From Nannocystis sp. SCPEA4 (GTDB taxonomy: Bacteria > Myxococcota_A > Polyangia > Nannocystales > Nannocystaceae): DNA of 64,000 bases. A program made the position numbers and the translations under genes. The stretch is taken from contig NZ_JAPNJX010000021.1 of the NCBI RefSeq assembly GCF_026626685.1, positions 233,329-297,328 of the forward strand, written 5' to 3'. This document shows, piece after piece, positions 48,398-58,425 of this stretch. Under the pieces are notes generated by a model. It worked only from the letters and a program-made list of their open reading frames with translations. It did not search any database and was not told where the DNA came from. Positions within the stretch are counted from its first letter, which is position 1. Every line of letters begins with the position of its first letter.

Positions 48398-50086
48398 ATG
48401 CGCGCGCCGAACGTCCCATTGTGCGACCTCCTGCTCACCGTCTCGCTCGTCGCGGCGTGCGGCGACGGCAGCGCCGGCAGCACGTCGACCGCCGGGACCG
48501 CGAGCACCACCGACTCGGCCACCACCGACTCGGCCACCACCGATTCGGACACGGCGACGCCGACCACCACGTCGTCCGCCGCGACCACGGCCGAGCCGCC
48601 CACCACCACCGCGACCACGACGTCCACCGACGGCACCGCGACCACGGACGCGAGCACCGGCGAAACCACCGGCGCTCCCATCGACGCCACGCCGTGCTGG
48701 CCGTTCGACGCCCCACCGCTGAGCGAGCTGCGCGACTCGCCGAAGAAGGTGTTCGCGCATTACTTCTCGCCCTACCCGCTGTCCCTCGACAACAAGGATC
48801 CCGCCGAGGATTACTACGCCAAGAACTACCTGCGGCCCGAGGGCGAGAACGGCAAGTTCGCCTACTGCGGCGGCTTCATCAAGGAGCGCCCGCTCCCGCA
48901 GCCGCCGCGGCCGCAGGACGTCGACTACGAGCTGGCCAACTTCGAGCAGGAGGTCCGCCGCGCCGTCGCGCTCGGGCTCGACGGCTTCACCTACGACATC
49001 CTCAACACCAGCGGCACCCACTGGGACCGCCTGCTCAAGCTGCTCGACGCCAGCAGCAACGCCGACCCCGACTTCCGCATCGTCCTCATGCCCGACATGA
49101 CCTCGACCTACGAGGGCAGCGACATGGAGGCCCAGGTCGCCTTCGTCGCCTCGATCGCCGAGGTCGCCGCGCACCCCGCGGTGTTCCGCGCCGAGGGCGG
49201 CGAGCTGCTGCTCGCCCCGTTCGCCGCCGACAAGCGCAGCCCCGCGTGGTGGGCGTCGACGATCGACGCCCTCGCCGCCGAGGGCATCGACGCCGTGCTG
49301 TGGCCGGTGTTCGTGTCGCCGTGGAGCGCCGCGACCACGAGCTTCCAGGCCGAGCTGCCGCTCGTCGGCACCTCGTCGTGGGGCCCCGCCACGGTCTCCG
49401 GCGCGACCGGCTACGCCAGCAACGCCGAACAGGCCCACGCGCTCGGCGTGAAGTGGATGTCGCCGGTGCGCCCGCAGGACTCGCGGCCGAAGGACCTCAT
49501 CTTCAGCGAGGCCGGCAACACGCAGACCATGCGCCTGCTGTGGGACGCCGCCGTCGACGGCGACGCCGAATGGGTGCAGCTCATCACCTGGAACGACTAC
49601 TCCGAGGCCTCCGAGGTCTCGCCGTCGAGCGGCACGCAATGGGCCCTGTTCGACCTGACCGCCTATTACGTCACCTGGTTCAAGACCGGCCAGCAGCCGC
49701 CGATCGTCCGCGACGCCCTCTATTATTCACACCGCCTGCAGGCGACCACCGCCATGCCCGATCTATCGCAGCAGGAGTCGGTCTACGAGGCGGTCAACGG
49801 CGGCGAGCCACTCGACGAGATCGAGCTGCTCGCGTTCCTGACGGCCCCCGCGACCCTCGAGATCGAGGTCGGCGGCGAGGTCCAGACCACCGCGGCGGAG
49901 GCCGGGATCCAGTCGTTCCGCGTCCCGCTGGTCGAGGGCACGCCGAGCTTCCGCGTCGTCCGCGACGGCGAGACCGTGGCCGAGGCCGTGAGCGCCTTCT
50001 CGATCGACAACACCATCGTCTATCAGGACATGCTCTACCGCTCGGGCGGCAGCCTGCCCTGCGACCGCAGCCCGCTCATGCAGTAG
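48398..50086 (+). CDS. Glycoside hydrolase family 71-like (α-1,3-glucanase/mutanase-like) lipoprotein with a Thr-rich linker.
   Basis: Lipobox 'LVAAC'. 'KKVFAHYFSPYP', 'LGLDGFTYDILN' and 'RIVLMPDMTS' resemble GH71 motifs. Confidence 0.6.
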   Translation: MRAPNVPLCDLLLTVSLVAACGDGSAGSTSTAGTASTTDSATTDSATTDSDTATPTTTSSAATTAEPPTTTATTTSTDGTATTDASTGETTGAPIDATPCWPFDAPPLSELRDSPKKVFAHYFSPYPLSLDNKDPAEDYYAKNYLRPEGENGKFAYCGGFIKERPLPQPPRPQDVDYELANFEQEVRRAVALGLDGFTYDILNTSGTHWDRLLKLLDASSNADPDFRIVLMPDMTSTYEGSDMEAQVAFVASIAEVAAHPAVFRAEGGELLLAPFAADKRSPAWWASTIDALAAEGIDAVLWPVFVSPWSAATTSFQAELPLVGTSSWGPATVSGATGYASNAEQAHALGVKWMSPVRPQDSRPKDLIFSEAGNTQTMRLLWDAAVDGDAEWVQLITWNDYSEASEVSPSSGTQWALFDLTAYYVTWFKTGQQPPIVRDALYYSHRLQATTAMPDLSQQESVYEAVNGGEPLDEIELLAFLTAPATLEIEVGGEVQTTAAEAGIQSFRVPLVEGTPSFRVVRDGETVAEAVSAFSIDNTIVYQDMLYRSGGSLPCDRSPLMQ

Positions 50087-50089
50087 CGG

Positions 50090-50557
50090 TCATTCGTAGC
50101 CGTACGGCGTCAACGCGGCGTCGATGAGGACATTCAGCTTGTTGGCCGGATCGACGCGCACGTCGATCTGGGTGTCGGGCTGGACCCGCGGGATCGCCAG
50201 CTTCGACACCAGGCTGGTGACCTGCACGCGATAGGGCTCCTGACCCGGCAGCGTCACCTCGAGGTCGAAGTCGATGTTGGGGTGACCATTGATGCCCCCC
50301 CCCTTCGTGCCGATCGTGACGATGCGGGCGCGCCCCGGCGTCCCGCCCTGCCACACGCGCAGCCGCTCGGCGTTGCGGGCCGAGCTCGCGCGCGCCTTGA
50401 TGGTGAGCGCGCCCACGGCGGTGACGACGAACAGCACCACCGCCCCGCCGATCATGAACGTGTTCTTGGTGAAGATCCCCGCCAGCACCAGGACCCAGAA
50501 GAGCGTCCCGGGGATGAAGAGGAGCGCGAGCCCGGGGTTCGTGGACGTGCCGGTCAT
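50090..50557 (-). CDS. Small membrane protein (2 TM) at the distal end of the vgrG operon.
   Basis: ORF 50090..50602 trimmed to ATG 50557, 'LALLFIPGTLFWVLVLAGIF'. Confidence 0.5.
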   Translation of the reverse strand: MTGTSTNPGLALLFIPGTLFWVLVLAGIFTKNTFMIGGAVVLFVVTAVGALTIKARASSARNAERLRVWQGGTPGRARIVTIGTKGGGINGHPNIDFDLEVTLPGQEPYRVQVTSLVSKLAIPRVQPDTQIDVRVDPANKLNVLIDAALTPYGYE

Positions 50558-50611
50558 CGCCGGCGAGTATCGCACAAACTCCGCGCCCCGGGCCGCGCGC
50601 ATCCTGCTTCG

Positions 50612-51007
50612 TCAGGGCGCCAGCACCAGCACCTTGACCTGGCTCGGCACCACGCGCACGCCCGGGCAGTTGGTCGAGTTCTGCAGCGCCATGCTGGTCA
50701 CGCGCGTCACCGGCAGGCCGCCGACGAGGCACGTGAAGGCGCCCGTCAAGTGACGCGACGGGCCCATCACCGTGCCCGAGGCGACGCCCGTGGCGAGGCC
50801 CGCGTTGTCGCCATTGGTCATCGGGATCGTCGTGGCCATGTTGTGCGCCGGGGCGCACATGAACAGCACGTTGTAGACGGCGGGCACGCCCATCGGCCCG
50901 GCGGTGATGTTCGGGTACGGGACCGGCACCGGCCCGGCCGGCGAGGGTGTCAGGCAGACATCGGGGAAGCCGGTGTCGACGCCCATCATCTGTGTATTGG
51001 CGAACAT
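50612..51007 (-). CDS. DUF4150 (PAAR-like) domain protein, a 131-aa minimal form with no C-terminal toxin extension.
   Basis: 'FPDVCLTPSPAGPVPVPYPNIT' is the DUF4150 hallmark. Confidence 0.75.
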   Translation of the reverse strand: MFANTQMMGVDTGFPDVCLTPSPAGPVPVPYPNITAGPMGVPAVYNVLFMCAPAHNMATTIPMTNGDNAGLATGVASGTVMGPSRHLTGAFTCLVGGLPVTRVTSMALQNSTNCPGVRVVPSQVKVLVLAP

Positions 51008-51023
51008 GAAGGCTCCTGTCGTT

Positions 51024-51680
51024 CTAGCCGAGGTGGATCTGGCCGCCGTCGATCTTGACCAGTTCGGCGCCGGTGACGAGCGCGTGCTCGGCCCCGATCT
51101 GGGCGCTGCACGTCGCGCGGTAATCGATGGTGCCGGCCTTGACCTGATCGATCTGCTCGACGGTGCGCTGCGAGATCTTGCTGTGCTGGCTGATCCGGTC
51201 GGCGAGAGTCTCGACCACCTTGCCGACCACCGTCACCTTGCTCGCGTGGGTGAACAGCGTGCGCAGCACCGACGAGCACTCGTCGAGCACCACCCGCGCG
51301 AGCCGGCCGCGCGCGCGCAGCTCGTCGGCCTGCAGCTCGAGCTGCGCATCGGCGCGGAGCGTCAGCCGGGCCGCCTCCACCCGCAGCTCCGGCGCCCCCG
51401 CGACGCCGATCCGGGCCGCCTCGTCGCTCTCGCGCTCGAGCACCGCCGTGACGAAGCTGCGCTGCTGCCCGGGCGCGCCGGCCTCGACCACGAACCACAC
51501 GCGATCGCCCACCTCGGGCGCGAGCAGGCAGCTGGCCGCCCGGCGTGCGCTCCACGGCTCGCCGCCCGGCTCCTCGCTCAGCACGATCGACTGTTCGCGC
51601 AGCTCGCGGACGATCGCGCTGCCCTGATGCGCGGGCGCGGTCGCGGGGACACGGAGACGCTGGAGATCGTGGACTTGCAT
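51024..51680 (-). CDS. DUF3540-like T6SS-associated hypothetical protein.
   Basis: It sits between the pentapeptide and DUF4150 genes, as in known DUF2169/pentapeptide/DUF3540/DUF4150 modules. This is an inference from context and from family recall. Confidence 0.5.
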   Translation of the reverse strand: MQVHDLQRLRVPATAPAHQGSAIVRELREQSIVLSEEPGGEPWSARRAASCLLAPEVGDRVWFVVEAGAPGQQRSFVTAVLERESDEAARIGVAGAPELRVEAARLTLRADAQLELQADELRARGRLARVVLDECSSVLRTLFTHASKVTVVGKVVETLADRISQHSKISQRTVEQIDQVKAGTIDYRATCSAQIGAEHALVTGAELVKIDGGQIHLG

Positions 51681-51683
51681 TCG

Positions 51684-52793
51684 CTACTCCTTGGGAGGGG
51701 GCATGGTCGGGCGCCAGCCCTGGGCGGCGGCCAGCTCGGGGTCGGTCCCGAGGGTGACGGCGCGGTTCGGGATCTTCGCCCCCTCGTCCGCGACGGCGTG
51801 GAGGTTGGCGCGGAACATCGAGGCGCCGGTGAAATCGGCGCCGGCGACGATCGCCTGCGAGAAGTCGGCGTAGACCAGGTCGGCCCCGCGGAACGTCGCC
51901 TCGCGACAATTCGCCCGGTGCAAGATGCACTGATACATCGTCGCCCCGGCGCATTGGGCCCGCTCGAGCTGGGCGTCGACGAAGATCGCCTGCGTGAGCT
52001 CGGCTCCCTGCAGATCGGCGCCACGCAGGTCGGCCTCGACGAACAGCGCGTTCGTCAGCCGCGCCCGCCCCGCTTTCAGCTTCGCCAGCTTCGCGCCCTT
52101 GAAGTTGCAGTTGCGCAGATCGGCGCCGCTCAGGTCGCAGCCCTCGAGCGCCGCGTCGGTGAATTGCGTGAACGGGAAGCGCATGCCGGCAAGGCGCATG
52201 CCCGACAGCGTGGCCTTGATCAGCGTGCAGCGCTCGAGCTCCGCGCCCTCGATCAGCGTCGTCCGCAGATCGGTCGCCAGCAACGTCACCGAGTCGAGCC
52301 GGCACGACCGCAGGTCGGCGCCGGCCAGCTCGCACTCGAGGAACGCGCAGCGCACCAGCTTGGCCCCGCCCAGGCGCGCCCGGTCGAGTCGACACTTGAC
52401 GAATGACGACACCCGCAGGTCGGCGTCGCCCAGATCGATCTCCGTCGCCACCAGCTCGTGCACCTTGGCGCCGGTCAGCGTCGCCCCGCGCAAGCTGGCG
52501 CCGACGAGGCTGCATTGGCTCAGCACCGCCTGATGCAGGTTGGCGCCGACGAGGCTGGCGCCGTCGAGGCGACACTCGGTCAGGCACGCCTCGCGCAGAT
52601 CGGCCCCGTCGAGCGTGCTCCCGGAGAAATCGACCTCGTGGAAGATCGCGCCGCCGAGCTTGACCCCGCGCAGGTCTCGCTGCGACAGATCGATCTTCCG
52701 CAGCTCGCGACCCTCGTGCACCTGCCGCGCCAGCTCGTCGGCGTCGGCCGGCGGCCGCCACTGCGTCGGGTCGTCCATGCGCAGCGACGTCAT
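51684..52793 (-). CDS. Pentapeptide-repeat protein.
   Basis: Long runs of A(D/N)LxG-type pentapeptide repeats. Its start overlaps the upstream stop (ATGA). Confidence 0.8.
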   Translation of the reverse strand: MTSLRMDDPTQWRPPADADELARQVHEGRELRKIDLSQRDLRGVKLGGAIFHEVDFSGSTLDGADLREACLTECRLDGASLVGANLHQAVLSQCSLVGASLRGATLTGAKVHELVATEIDLGDADLRVSSFVKCRLDRARLGGAKLVRCAFLECELAGADLRSCRLDSVTLLATDLRTTLIEGAELERCTLIKATLSGMRLAGMRFPFTQFTDAALEGCDLSGADLRNCNFKGAKLAKLKAGRARLTNALFVEADLRGADLQGAELTQAIFVDAQLERAQCAGATMYQCILHRANCREATFRGADLVYADFSQAIVAGADFTGASMFRANLHAVADEGAKIPNRAVTLGTDPELAAAQGWRPTMPPPKE

Positions 52794-55513
52794 CGGCGGC
52801 GCTCCTCCCGGGGCTGCTCGACGTGCTTCGGGTGCACGCGGACCTTCGTCATCAACGCCTGGTCGAGCCGCAGCTTGTCATCGGTGCGCACGCGGGCCAT
52901 GTCGGCGCCGTGGAGGTTGGCGCCGCGCAGATCGGCGCCGTAGAGGGCCGCACGCGCCAGGCTCGCGCCCATGAGGTTGGCCGCCAGCAGCTCGGCGCCG
53001 CGCAGGTCGGCGACCTCGAAGCGAGCCTCGCGGGCGCTCGCCTGGTACAGCCGCGCCCCGGCCAGGTCGCACTCGCTGAGGTCGGCGCCGTCGAGCAGCG
53101 CCTTGCGCAGGTTGGCCGCGGCGAGCGAGGTGCCGCGCAGGTTGGCCCGCTTCAGCGTGGCGCCGCCGAAGTCGGCCCGGTCGAGCGCGCAGCCGCCGAC
53201 GAAGCGCGACTGCTCGAGGTTTGCGCCGGTGAATTCGACGCCCTCGGCGTCGCACTCGAGGAACGTGCACGACTGGAGCCCCGCCTGGGCGAACCGGGCC
53301 CCGCGCAGCCGCAGCTTGATGAAGGCCGAGCCGGCCAGCCGCGCCCCGCCGAAGTCGACGCTGACGATCGTCATCTCGAGGAAGTTGAGCTTCTCGCCCA
53401 CCATGCCGCGCGCGTCGACCTCGCACAGGTACGCGCCCATCCACGTCGCCCCGGTGGCGCAGGCGCGCTGCAGGTCGGCGCCGTCGAACCGGGCCTCGGT
53501 CAGGATCGCGTCGCGCAGGTCGGCGTCGGCGAGCACGGTGCGCGTCAGCCTGGCCTTGCCGAGGTTCGCGCGCTGCAGACAGGCGCCGTCGAGCCGCGTG
53601 TCGGTCAGATCGGCGTGGGCCAGGACCACGCGGTTCAGTTTGCAATCGCGCAAATCGGTGCCCTTCAGGTTCGCGCTTTCGAAAAGCCCGCCCGTCAGGT
53701 CGGCGCCGCGCAGGTCCATGCCTGCCAGGTCGGCCCCGGTGAAGTTGAGGGTCGAGAGGTCCTCCTTCTGCTCCAGCGCCAGGCGCAGCCGTTCGCGGGT
53801 CGGCTCGCGCCACTCCGGCGTCATCGCCGGGGCCGGGTGCTGAACATGAGCGACGAGCCGGTAGCTCTCGCGCATGTTGTGCTCGGTCTCCTGCCACTGC
53901 GCGTAGAGGGCCTTGTCGACGATCATGTCCTCGATCTCGTCGACGATGGTGTCGCGGCGCCGGCAATCGACGGCGATCGCCACCAGCGCCGCGTGCGTCG
54001 CCGCGGCGGTGAACGTCGGCGGCCCGACCTGCTTGGCGTCGATCTCCGCGCGCAGCGATTTGCCGTCGAAGCCCGGGATGTTGGCCGCGTCGGCGTCGCG
54101 CTCGGCCTCGGCCAGCTTGGCCGCGTAGGTGGCCTCGTACTCGGCCTGCTTCTTCTTGCAGTCGGCCTGGATCCTGGCGATGAGGTCCGGCAGCTCGTGC
54201 AGCTTCGGCGGCGGCGGCTGCGGCGGCGGAATCTCGGGGCCGTGCACATCGGGATCGAGGCCGTAGCTGGCGACGATGTCGCGCGCCTTCTGCGACTCGG
54301 CGACCATGCGCCGGTGCAGGTTCTGCTGGGTCAGGCCCTCGACCTGGCTGAGCTGCTCGTCCTCGTCGGGCGGCTGGTCGGGCAGCAGCGCCAGCTCTTC
54401 GGGCAGCAGCTCGCCGTCCATCAGCGCCGCGAGCGTGCCCCACTCCGGATCGAGGCGGGCGGCGAGCGTGGTCACGTAGTGCTCGAGCGGCTTGGCGCGC
54501 CCCTCGTGCTCGCCGGCGACCATCAAGTGCACGACGTCGGCGCCGTCCTCCTCGGCCACGTGCACCTGACCCTGCCACACGAGCACCGCTCGCTCGGCCT
54601 CGGGGAAGAACCACAAGGTCTGCAGCGCCAGCTCGACCTCGTCGATCGCCGCGGGCGCCTGCCTCGCCGCCTTCTTCACCGCCGCGAAGCTCGCTCGCGG
54701 CTCGCCGGGCGCGTGCGAGCGGCTGATGAACGCGCGGGCGCGGACCTTCGGCAGCGCGCCCGCGATCATCCGGCCGGGGTGCATGTTGTCGAAGCGATAC
54801 GGCTCTCGGCCGGTCCAGAAGCCCTCGACCTGCTGATCGCGCGCGGCGATGTTGTGAAGGCCCCAGTCGATGTCGCGGGCGAAGCCCGGCATGAGGTTCT
54901 CGAGCCAGTCCTGATCGTAGGTGCCGGCCAGCGCGGCCCGCTGCGGCCAGGTGATGTCGATCGGCCCGAAGCCGATCGGCTCGGGTCGGTCGCGCGGCGA
55001 ACCGATCCGCTGCAGCGGCGACTCGAGGTTCGGCAGCGGCCGCACCTTGGCCCCGCCGGCCTCGACCTCGGCGTGCCCCTTGCCGAGCGGGTTGTATGGA
55101 AACTCGGGGCCGCCGAACGCGCGGGTCCAATCGAGCGGCATCTCGGTGATCGGCGCCGGCGACGTCATGGTCGAGCCGCGCCAGCTGCGATCGCCGAACA
55201 CCTCGACGGTCTTCTTCAGCGCGCCGACCTGCGCCGAGGCCGAGAACCTCGGTTGGGCCGCGCCGCCCGGCGCGTACGCCTTGCCGATCACCAGGTACTC
55301 GCCGCGGCGCTTGGGGATCCCGACGTCGAGCGACCCGCCGCCGAGCTGCTTGGCGGCGAACTTCCACATGTCGACCTCGCTCAGCAGGATCGGCGCCGGC
55401 GCGTCCAGCCCGAGCGGGATGAACGCCAGCACCGACACGCCCATGTAGTAGCGCCGCTCGTGCTCGTAGCAGCGGGTCAGCACGCCGAGTTTGCCGGGCT
55501 TGACGACGCGCAT
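52790..55513 (-). CDS. DUF2169-domain protein (T6SS effector-loading adaptor family) fused to C-terminal pentapeptide repeats, 907 aa.
   Basis: The N-terminus 'MRVVKPGKLGVLTRCYEHERRYYMGVSVLAFIPL...SEVDMW' fits the DUF2169 pattern. The C-terminal ~330 aa are pentapeptide repeats. It starts 3 bp after the vgrG stop. Confidence 0.75.
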   Translation of the reverse strand: MRVVKPGKLGVLTRCYEHERRYYMGVSVLAFIPLGLDAPAPILLSEVDMWKFAAKQLGGGSLDVGIPKRRGEYLVIGKAYAPGGAAQPRFSASAQVGALKKTVEVFGDRSWRGSTMTSPAPITEMPLDWTRAFGGPEFPYNPLGKGHAEVEAGGAKVRPLPNLESPLQRIGSPRDRPEPIGFGPIDITWPQRAALAGTYDQDWLENLMPGFARDIDWGLHNIAARDQQVEGFWTGREPYRFDNMHPGRMIAGALPKVRARAFISRSHAPGEPRASFAAVKKAARQAPAAIDEVELALQTLWFFPEAERAVLVWQGQVHVAEEDGADVVHLMVAGEHEGRAKPLEHYVTTLAARLDPEWGTLAALMDGELLPEELALLPDQPPDEDEQLSQVEGLTQQNLHRRMVAESQKARDIVASYGLDPDVHGPEIPPPQPPPPKLHELPDLIARIQADCKKKQAEYEATYAAKLAEAERDADAANIPGFDGKSLRAEIDAKQVGPPTFTAAATHAALVAIAVDCRRRDTIVDEIEDMIVDKALYAQWQETEHNMRESYRLVAHVQHPAPAMTPEWREPTRERLRLALEQKEDLSTLNFTGADLAGMDLRGADLTGGLFESANLKGTDLRDCKLNRVVLAHADLTDTRLDGACLQRANLGKARLTRTVLADADLRDAILTEARFDGADLQRACATGATWMGAYLCEVDARGMVGEKLNFLEMTIVSVDFGGARLAGSAFIKLRLRGARFAQAGLQSCTFLECDAEGVEFTGANLEQSRFVGGCALDRADFGGATLKRANLRGTSLAAANLRKALLDGADLSECDLAGARLYQASAREARFEVADLRGAELLAANLMGASLARAALYGADLRGANLHGADMARVRTDDKLRLDQALMTKVRVHPKHVEQPREERRR

Positions 55514-55516
55514 GGG

Positions 55517-57745
55517 CTACAGAATCGACAGGAGGCCGAAGGTGTGCAGGCTGGCGTAGCCCTGCATCAGCGCCGCGCCGACGGACTTCACGTCGGCGCC
55601 GTCGTGCGAGAACGAGGCGGTCTTGTACTCGATGGCCATGCCGACGTGCTCGAGCTTGATGTTCGTGTGCGCCATCGAGATCCCGATCATCTCGAGCTTG
55701 ATCCCCGTGATCCCGAGCGCCCACGCGAACGCGTCGCCCTGGCCGCCGCCGAACTTCCAGAAGTCCTGATCGATGGTCTTGGTCCCGCCGGGCGCGATGA
55801 CGGTGAAGCCGGCCGGCGCGATCATCTTGATCCCGCCGGTCGCGGTCATCGTCACGCCGCCGACCGCGGTCACGTCGTAGGTCGACGGCGTGGTGACGGT
55901 GACCCCGCCGGTGATCGTCTGCGACAGCGAGCCGGTGATCGACTCGGTCACGCTGCCGGTGATCGTGCGCGTGACGCTGCCGCCGATCGTCTCGCTCTGG
56001 TCGCTGGAGATGTTGCGCGTCTCGCTGGCCGAGAACGTCTCCTCGACCGCGCCGGTGACCGTGCGCGTCTCGGTCCCGTCGATGGTCTCGGTGAAGTTGC
56101 CCTTGACATGCATCGTCCGGTCGGCGCCGACGGTGGTGGACTGGTTGCTGCCGATCGTGATCGTCTCGTCGCAGCCGACGTCCTCGGTGTGATTGTTGAG
56201 CACCACCTCGTCGAGGTCGCGCTGCGCGTGGAGGAAGACCTGCTCGGCGCCCTTGTTGTCCTCGAAGCGCAGCTCGTTGAAGCCGCCGCCGCCGCGCGAC
56301 GACTCCGACTTGATCGTCGACTTCGTCTTGTCCTCGGGCAGCGGGTACGGCGGCAGGTTCTGGCCGGTGTAGACGCGCCCGGTGATCACCGGTCGGTCGG
56401 GGTCGCCCTCGATGAAGTCGATCAGCACCTCGTGGCCGATCCGCGGGATGAACATCGCGCCCCAGCCGTTGCCCGCCCACATCTGGCTGACGCGGACCCA
56501 GCACGAGCTGGTCTCGTTGAACGGCTCGTCGCGGTCCCAGTGGAACTGCACCTTCACGCGCCCGTGCTCGTCGGTGTACACGTCCTCGCCCTCGGGGCCG
56601 ACCACCGTCGCGGTCTGCAGCCCGCGCATCACCGGCCGCGGGGTCGACTGCGCCGGCCGGAACGGCGCGTCGAGCTCGGTGACGGTGAAGCTGTTCTCGT
56701 AGTGGAACGCGCCCGACGCGTCCTGCTCGAGCGCCTGCGGCTGCTGCCCGGTGTGCTTGACCTGGAGGATCCGGTACGACGCGTCGAGCTCCACGCGCGG
56801 GTGGCCGACCAGCGACAGCGTGTGCCCCGCGGTCAGCCGCGGCGAATCGCTGGTGGCCGAGCCGACCCGGCGGTGAGCCTCGTGGGCCTCCAGCCGCAGC
56901 TTGGCCAGCGTCTGCCCCTGGTGCGGCCCTGCCCGGCCCGGGTCCTGATATTCGCCGGGGTATGTATAGACCTCGAGGTCGGTGTGCCGCTTGCCGAGCT
57001 TGCGCACCTCCATGGGCTCGCTCGGCTTGTGAAGGTTGTAGTCGCGCAGCGTGACCGCCCCCGGACGGATCCGCTCGCCGAAGCGGAAGCTGTGGATCGC
57101 CTCGCTCTGGCTGACCTCGCCGTCGGGCGGCCGGAACCACACGCTCGGGTCACCCGGGATCGGCGGGTGTGCGCCCGCGTGGTCGGCGAACACGAGGGTG
57201 TGCGCGTCCTTGGCGTGCTCGAAGAAGAAGAAGATCCCGTCCTCCTCGAGCAATCGGCACAGGAACGTCAGGTCGTCCTCCTGGTATTGCACGCAGTAGT
57301 TGCGGGGCGCGTACGTCTCGATCAGGCTGAAGCGGAACCCGTCGCTCTCGATCCCGGCGTCCTTCAGGACCTTGCGGGCGATGTCCGGCGTGGTCATGTC
57401 CTGGAAGATCCGGCTGTTGCGGCGGAACTGCAGGCGCCACAGCGCCGGCACGATCAGCGCCTCGTACAGCTGCAGCTCGCGCGTGTGACCGACGTAGTCG
57501 AACGAGGCGCAGATGCCCGAGAGATAGCGCGGGGTGTCGATGCCGGCGATCTCCAGGGTCATCGGCGCGTCGATCACCCCGGCGAGGTCGACCTCGGGCC
57601 CTGCCAGCTCGACGCTGACCTCGAACAGGCTCGACAATCCCTCCGTGGCGGTGAACCGGACGACGCGGAGCTCCTTGCCTGCCGTCGTCAGCGTAAACAG
57701 CGGATGGTTGCCCAGGAGCGCCTTCAACGTCGACAGGTGACTCAT
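55517..57745 (-). CDS. vgrG: Type VI secretion system spike protein VgrG.
   Basis: ORF 55517..57796 trimmed to ATG 57745. It has VgrG N-terminal gp27-like and gp5-like regions, 'MSHLSTLKALLGNHPLFTLTTAGKELRVVRFTATEGLSSLFEVSVEL'. Confidence 0.85.
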   Translation of the reverse strand: MSHLSTLKALLGNHPLFTLTTAGKELRVVRFTATEGLSSLFEVSVELAGPEVDLAGVIDAPMTLEIAGIDTPRYLSGICASFDYVGHTRELQLYEALIVPALWRLQFRRNSRIFQDMTTPDIARKVLKDAGIESDGFRFSLIETYAPRNYCVQYQEDDLTFLCRLLEEDGIFFFFEHAKDAHTLVFADHAGAHPPIPGDPSVWFRPPDGEVSQSEAIHSFRFGERIRPGAVTLRDYNLHKPSEPMEVRKLGKRHTDLEVYTYPGEYQDPGRAGPHQGQTLAKLRLEAHEAHRRVGSATSDSPRLTAGHTLSLVGHPRVELDASYRILQVKHTGQQPQALEQDASGAFHYENSFTVTELDAPFRPAQSTPRPVMRGLQTATVVGPEGEDVYTDEHGRVKVQFHWDRDEPFNETSSCWVRVSQMWAGNGWGAMFIPRIGHEVLIDFIEGDPDRPVITGRVYTGQNLPPYPLPEDKTKSTIKSESSRGGGGFNELRFEDNKGAEQVFLHAQRDLDEVVLNNHTEDVGCDETITIGSNQSTTVGADRTMHVKGNFTETIDGTETRTVTGAVEETFSASETRNISSDQSETIGGSVTRTITGSVTESITGSLSQTITGGVTVTTPSTYDVTAVGGVTMTATGGIKMIAPAGFTVIAPGGTKTIDQDFWKFGGGQGDAFAWALGITGIKLEMIGISMAHTNIKLEHVGMAIEYKTASFSHDGADVKSVGAALMQGYASLHTFGLLSIL

Positions 57746-58370
57746 CGTCCTCCTCGGCCAGCACCATACAACGAGCCGGGTCTCCCCTGCGAACAATCTC
57801 TCACCGCTGTCTCACCGGCGATTTTCGCCCATACGCCGCTTTCGGCGCAGGCCGGTTCCGAGCGCATCACCGACGCTTGCGCGCAGACTGGACGTCCGCG
57901 CCGGATCGGCGGGCACGAGCATTCGCCGAGGCCGCGGCGACGAGCGACAATCGCGGCCACCGTGACTCGCGCCAGGGTCTCCTCACCACATTTGAGGTAT
58001 GGCGTCCGCATGACGCCCTGCGCGCAATCACGGCCCCCTGCCCGGCCTTGGGCGGCTTCGCCCTCGTCCTCTGAACTCGAGTTCGCCGCGGTGAATGCAC
58101 GCGGCCCGCGGGCCGGCAGCCGTCCATTCGCGGCAGGTCGCGCTGTATGGCCTTTCTGCGGTCGCAACATCGCGGTCCGGCGAATGAGCGTGGTCGGCGC
58201 GACAGTCCGCGCGGGAGAATTGGCCGGGACCACTGCGCCGCTCGGGCAGCGACGAGCGGTTCCCGTGAACCATCAGTGATCGGCGCTCGCGGTTCAATTG
58301 CCCGCTGGCGAAAAAATTGTGCGAGCGGCCCGGCAGGCGCGGGCATCGCGCGCCTCGGCGAGCTCCTCTT

Positions 58371-58425
58371 TAAGACATGCCCTGGCGGACATGTTCTTGC
58401 GAGCATGTCGTCACGGACATGCTCG
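58371..58425. promoter_or_regulatory. Four tandem GACATG-core repeats with 14-15 bp spacing in the ~715-bp leader upstream of vgrG.
   Basis: gACATGccctggcgGACATGttcttgcgagCATGTCgtcacgGACATGctc. It is related to motifs at 4848, 5999 and 63053. Confidence 0.45.

Noticed and set aside
45891-49639. The minus-strand ORFs 45891..47564 (557 aa) and 47561..49639 (692 aa).
   Set aside because: They are antisense to three plus-strand lipoprotein genes that have lipoboxes and domain motifs. Their products are Gly/Arg/Ala-rich.
52823-58279. An 1818-aa plus-strand ORF and a 1420-aa minus-strand ORF (52878..57140) across the T6SS module.
   Set aside because: They are antisense or out-of-frame to VgrG/DUF2169/pentapeptide genes that have recognisable family motifs. 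Both are repetitive Arg/Gly/Ala-rich.
58383-58400. A sigma-54-like TGGCGG-N-TTGC element upstream of vgrG.
   Set aside because: Its GG-to-GC spacing is 3 bp too long for the -24/-12 consensus. It is also oriented on the plus strand, away from vgrG.
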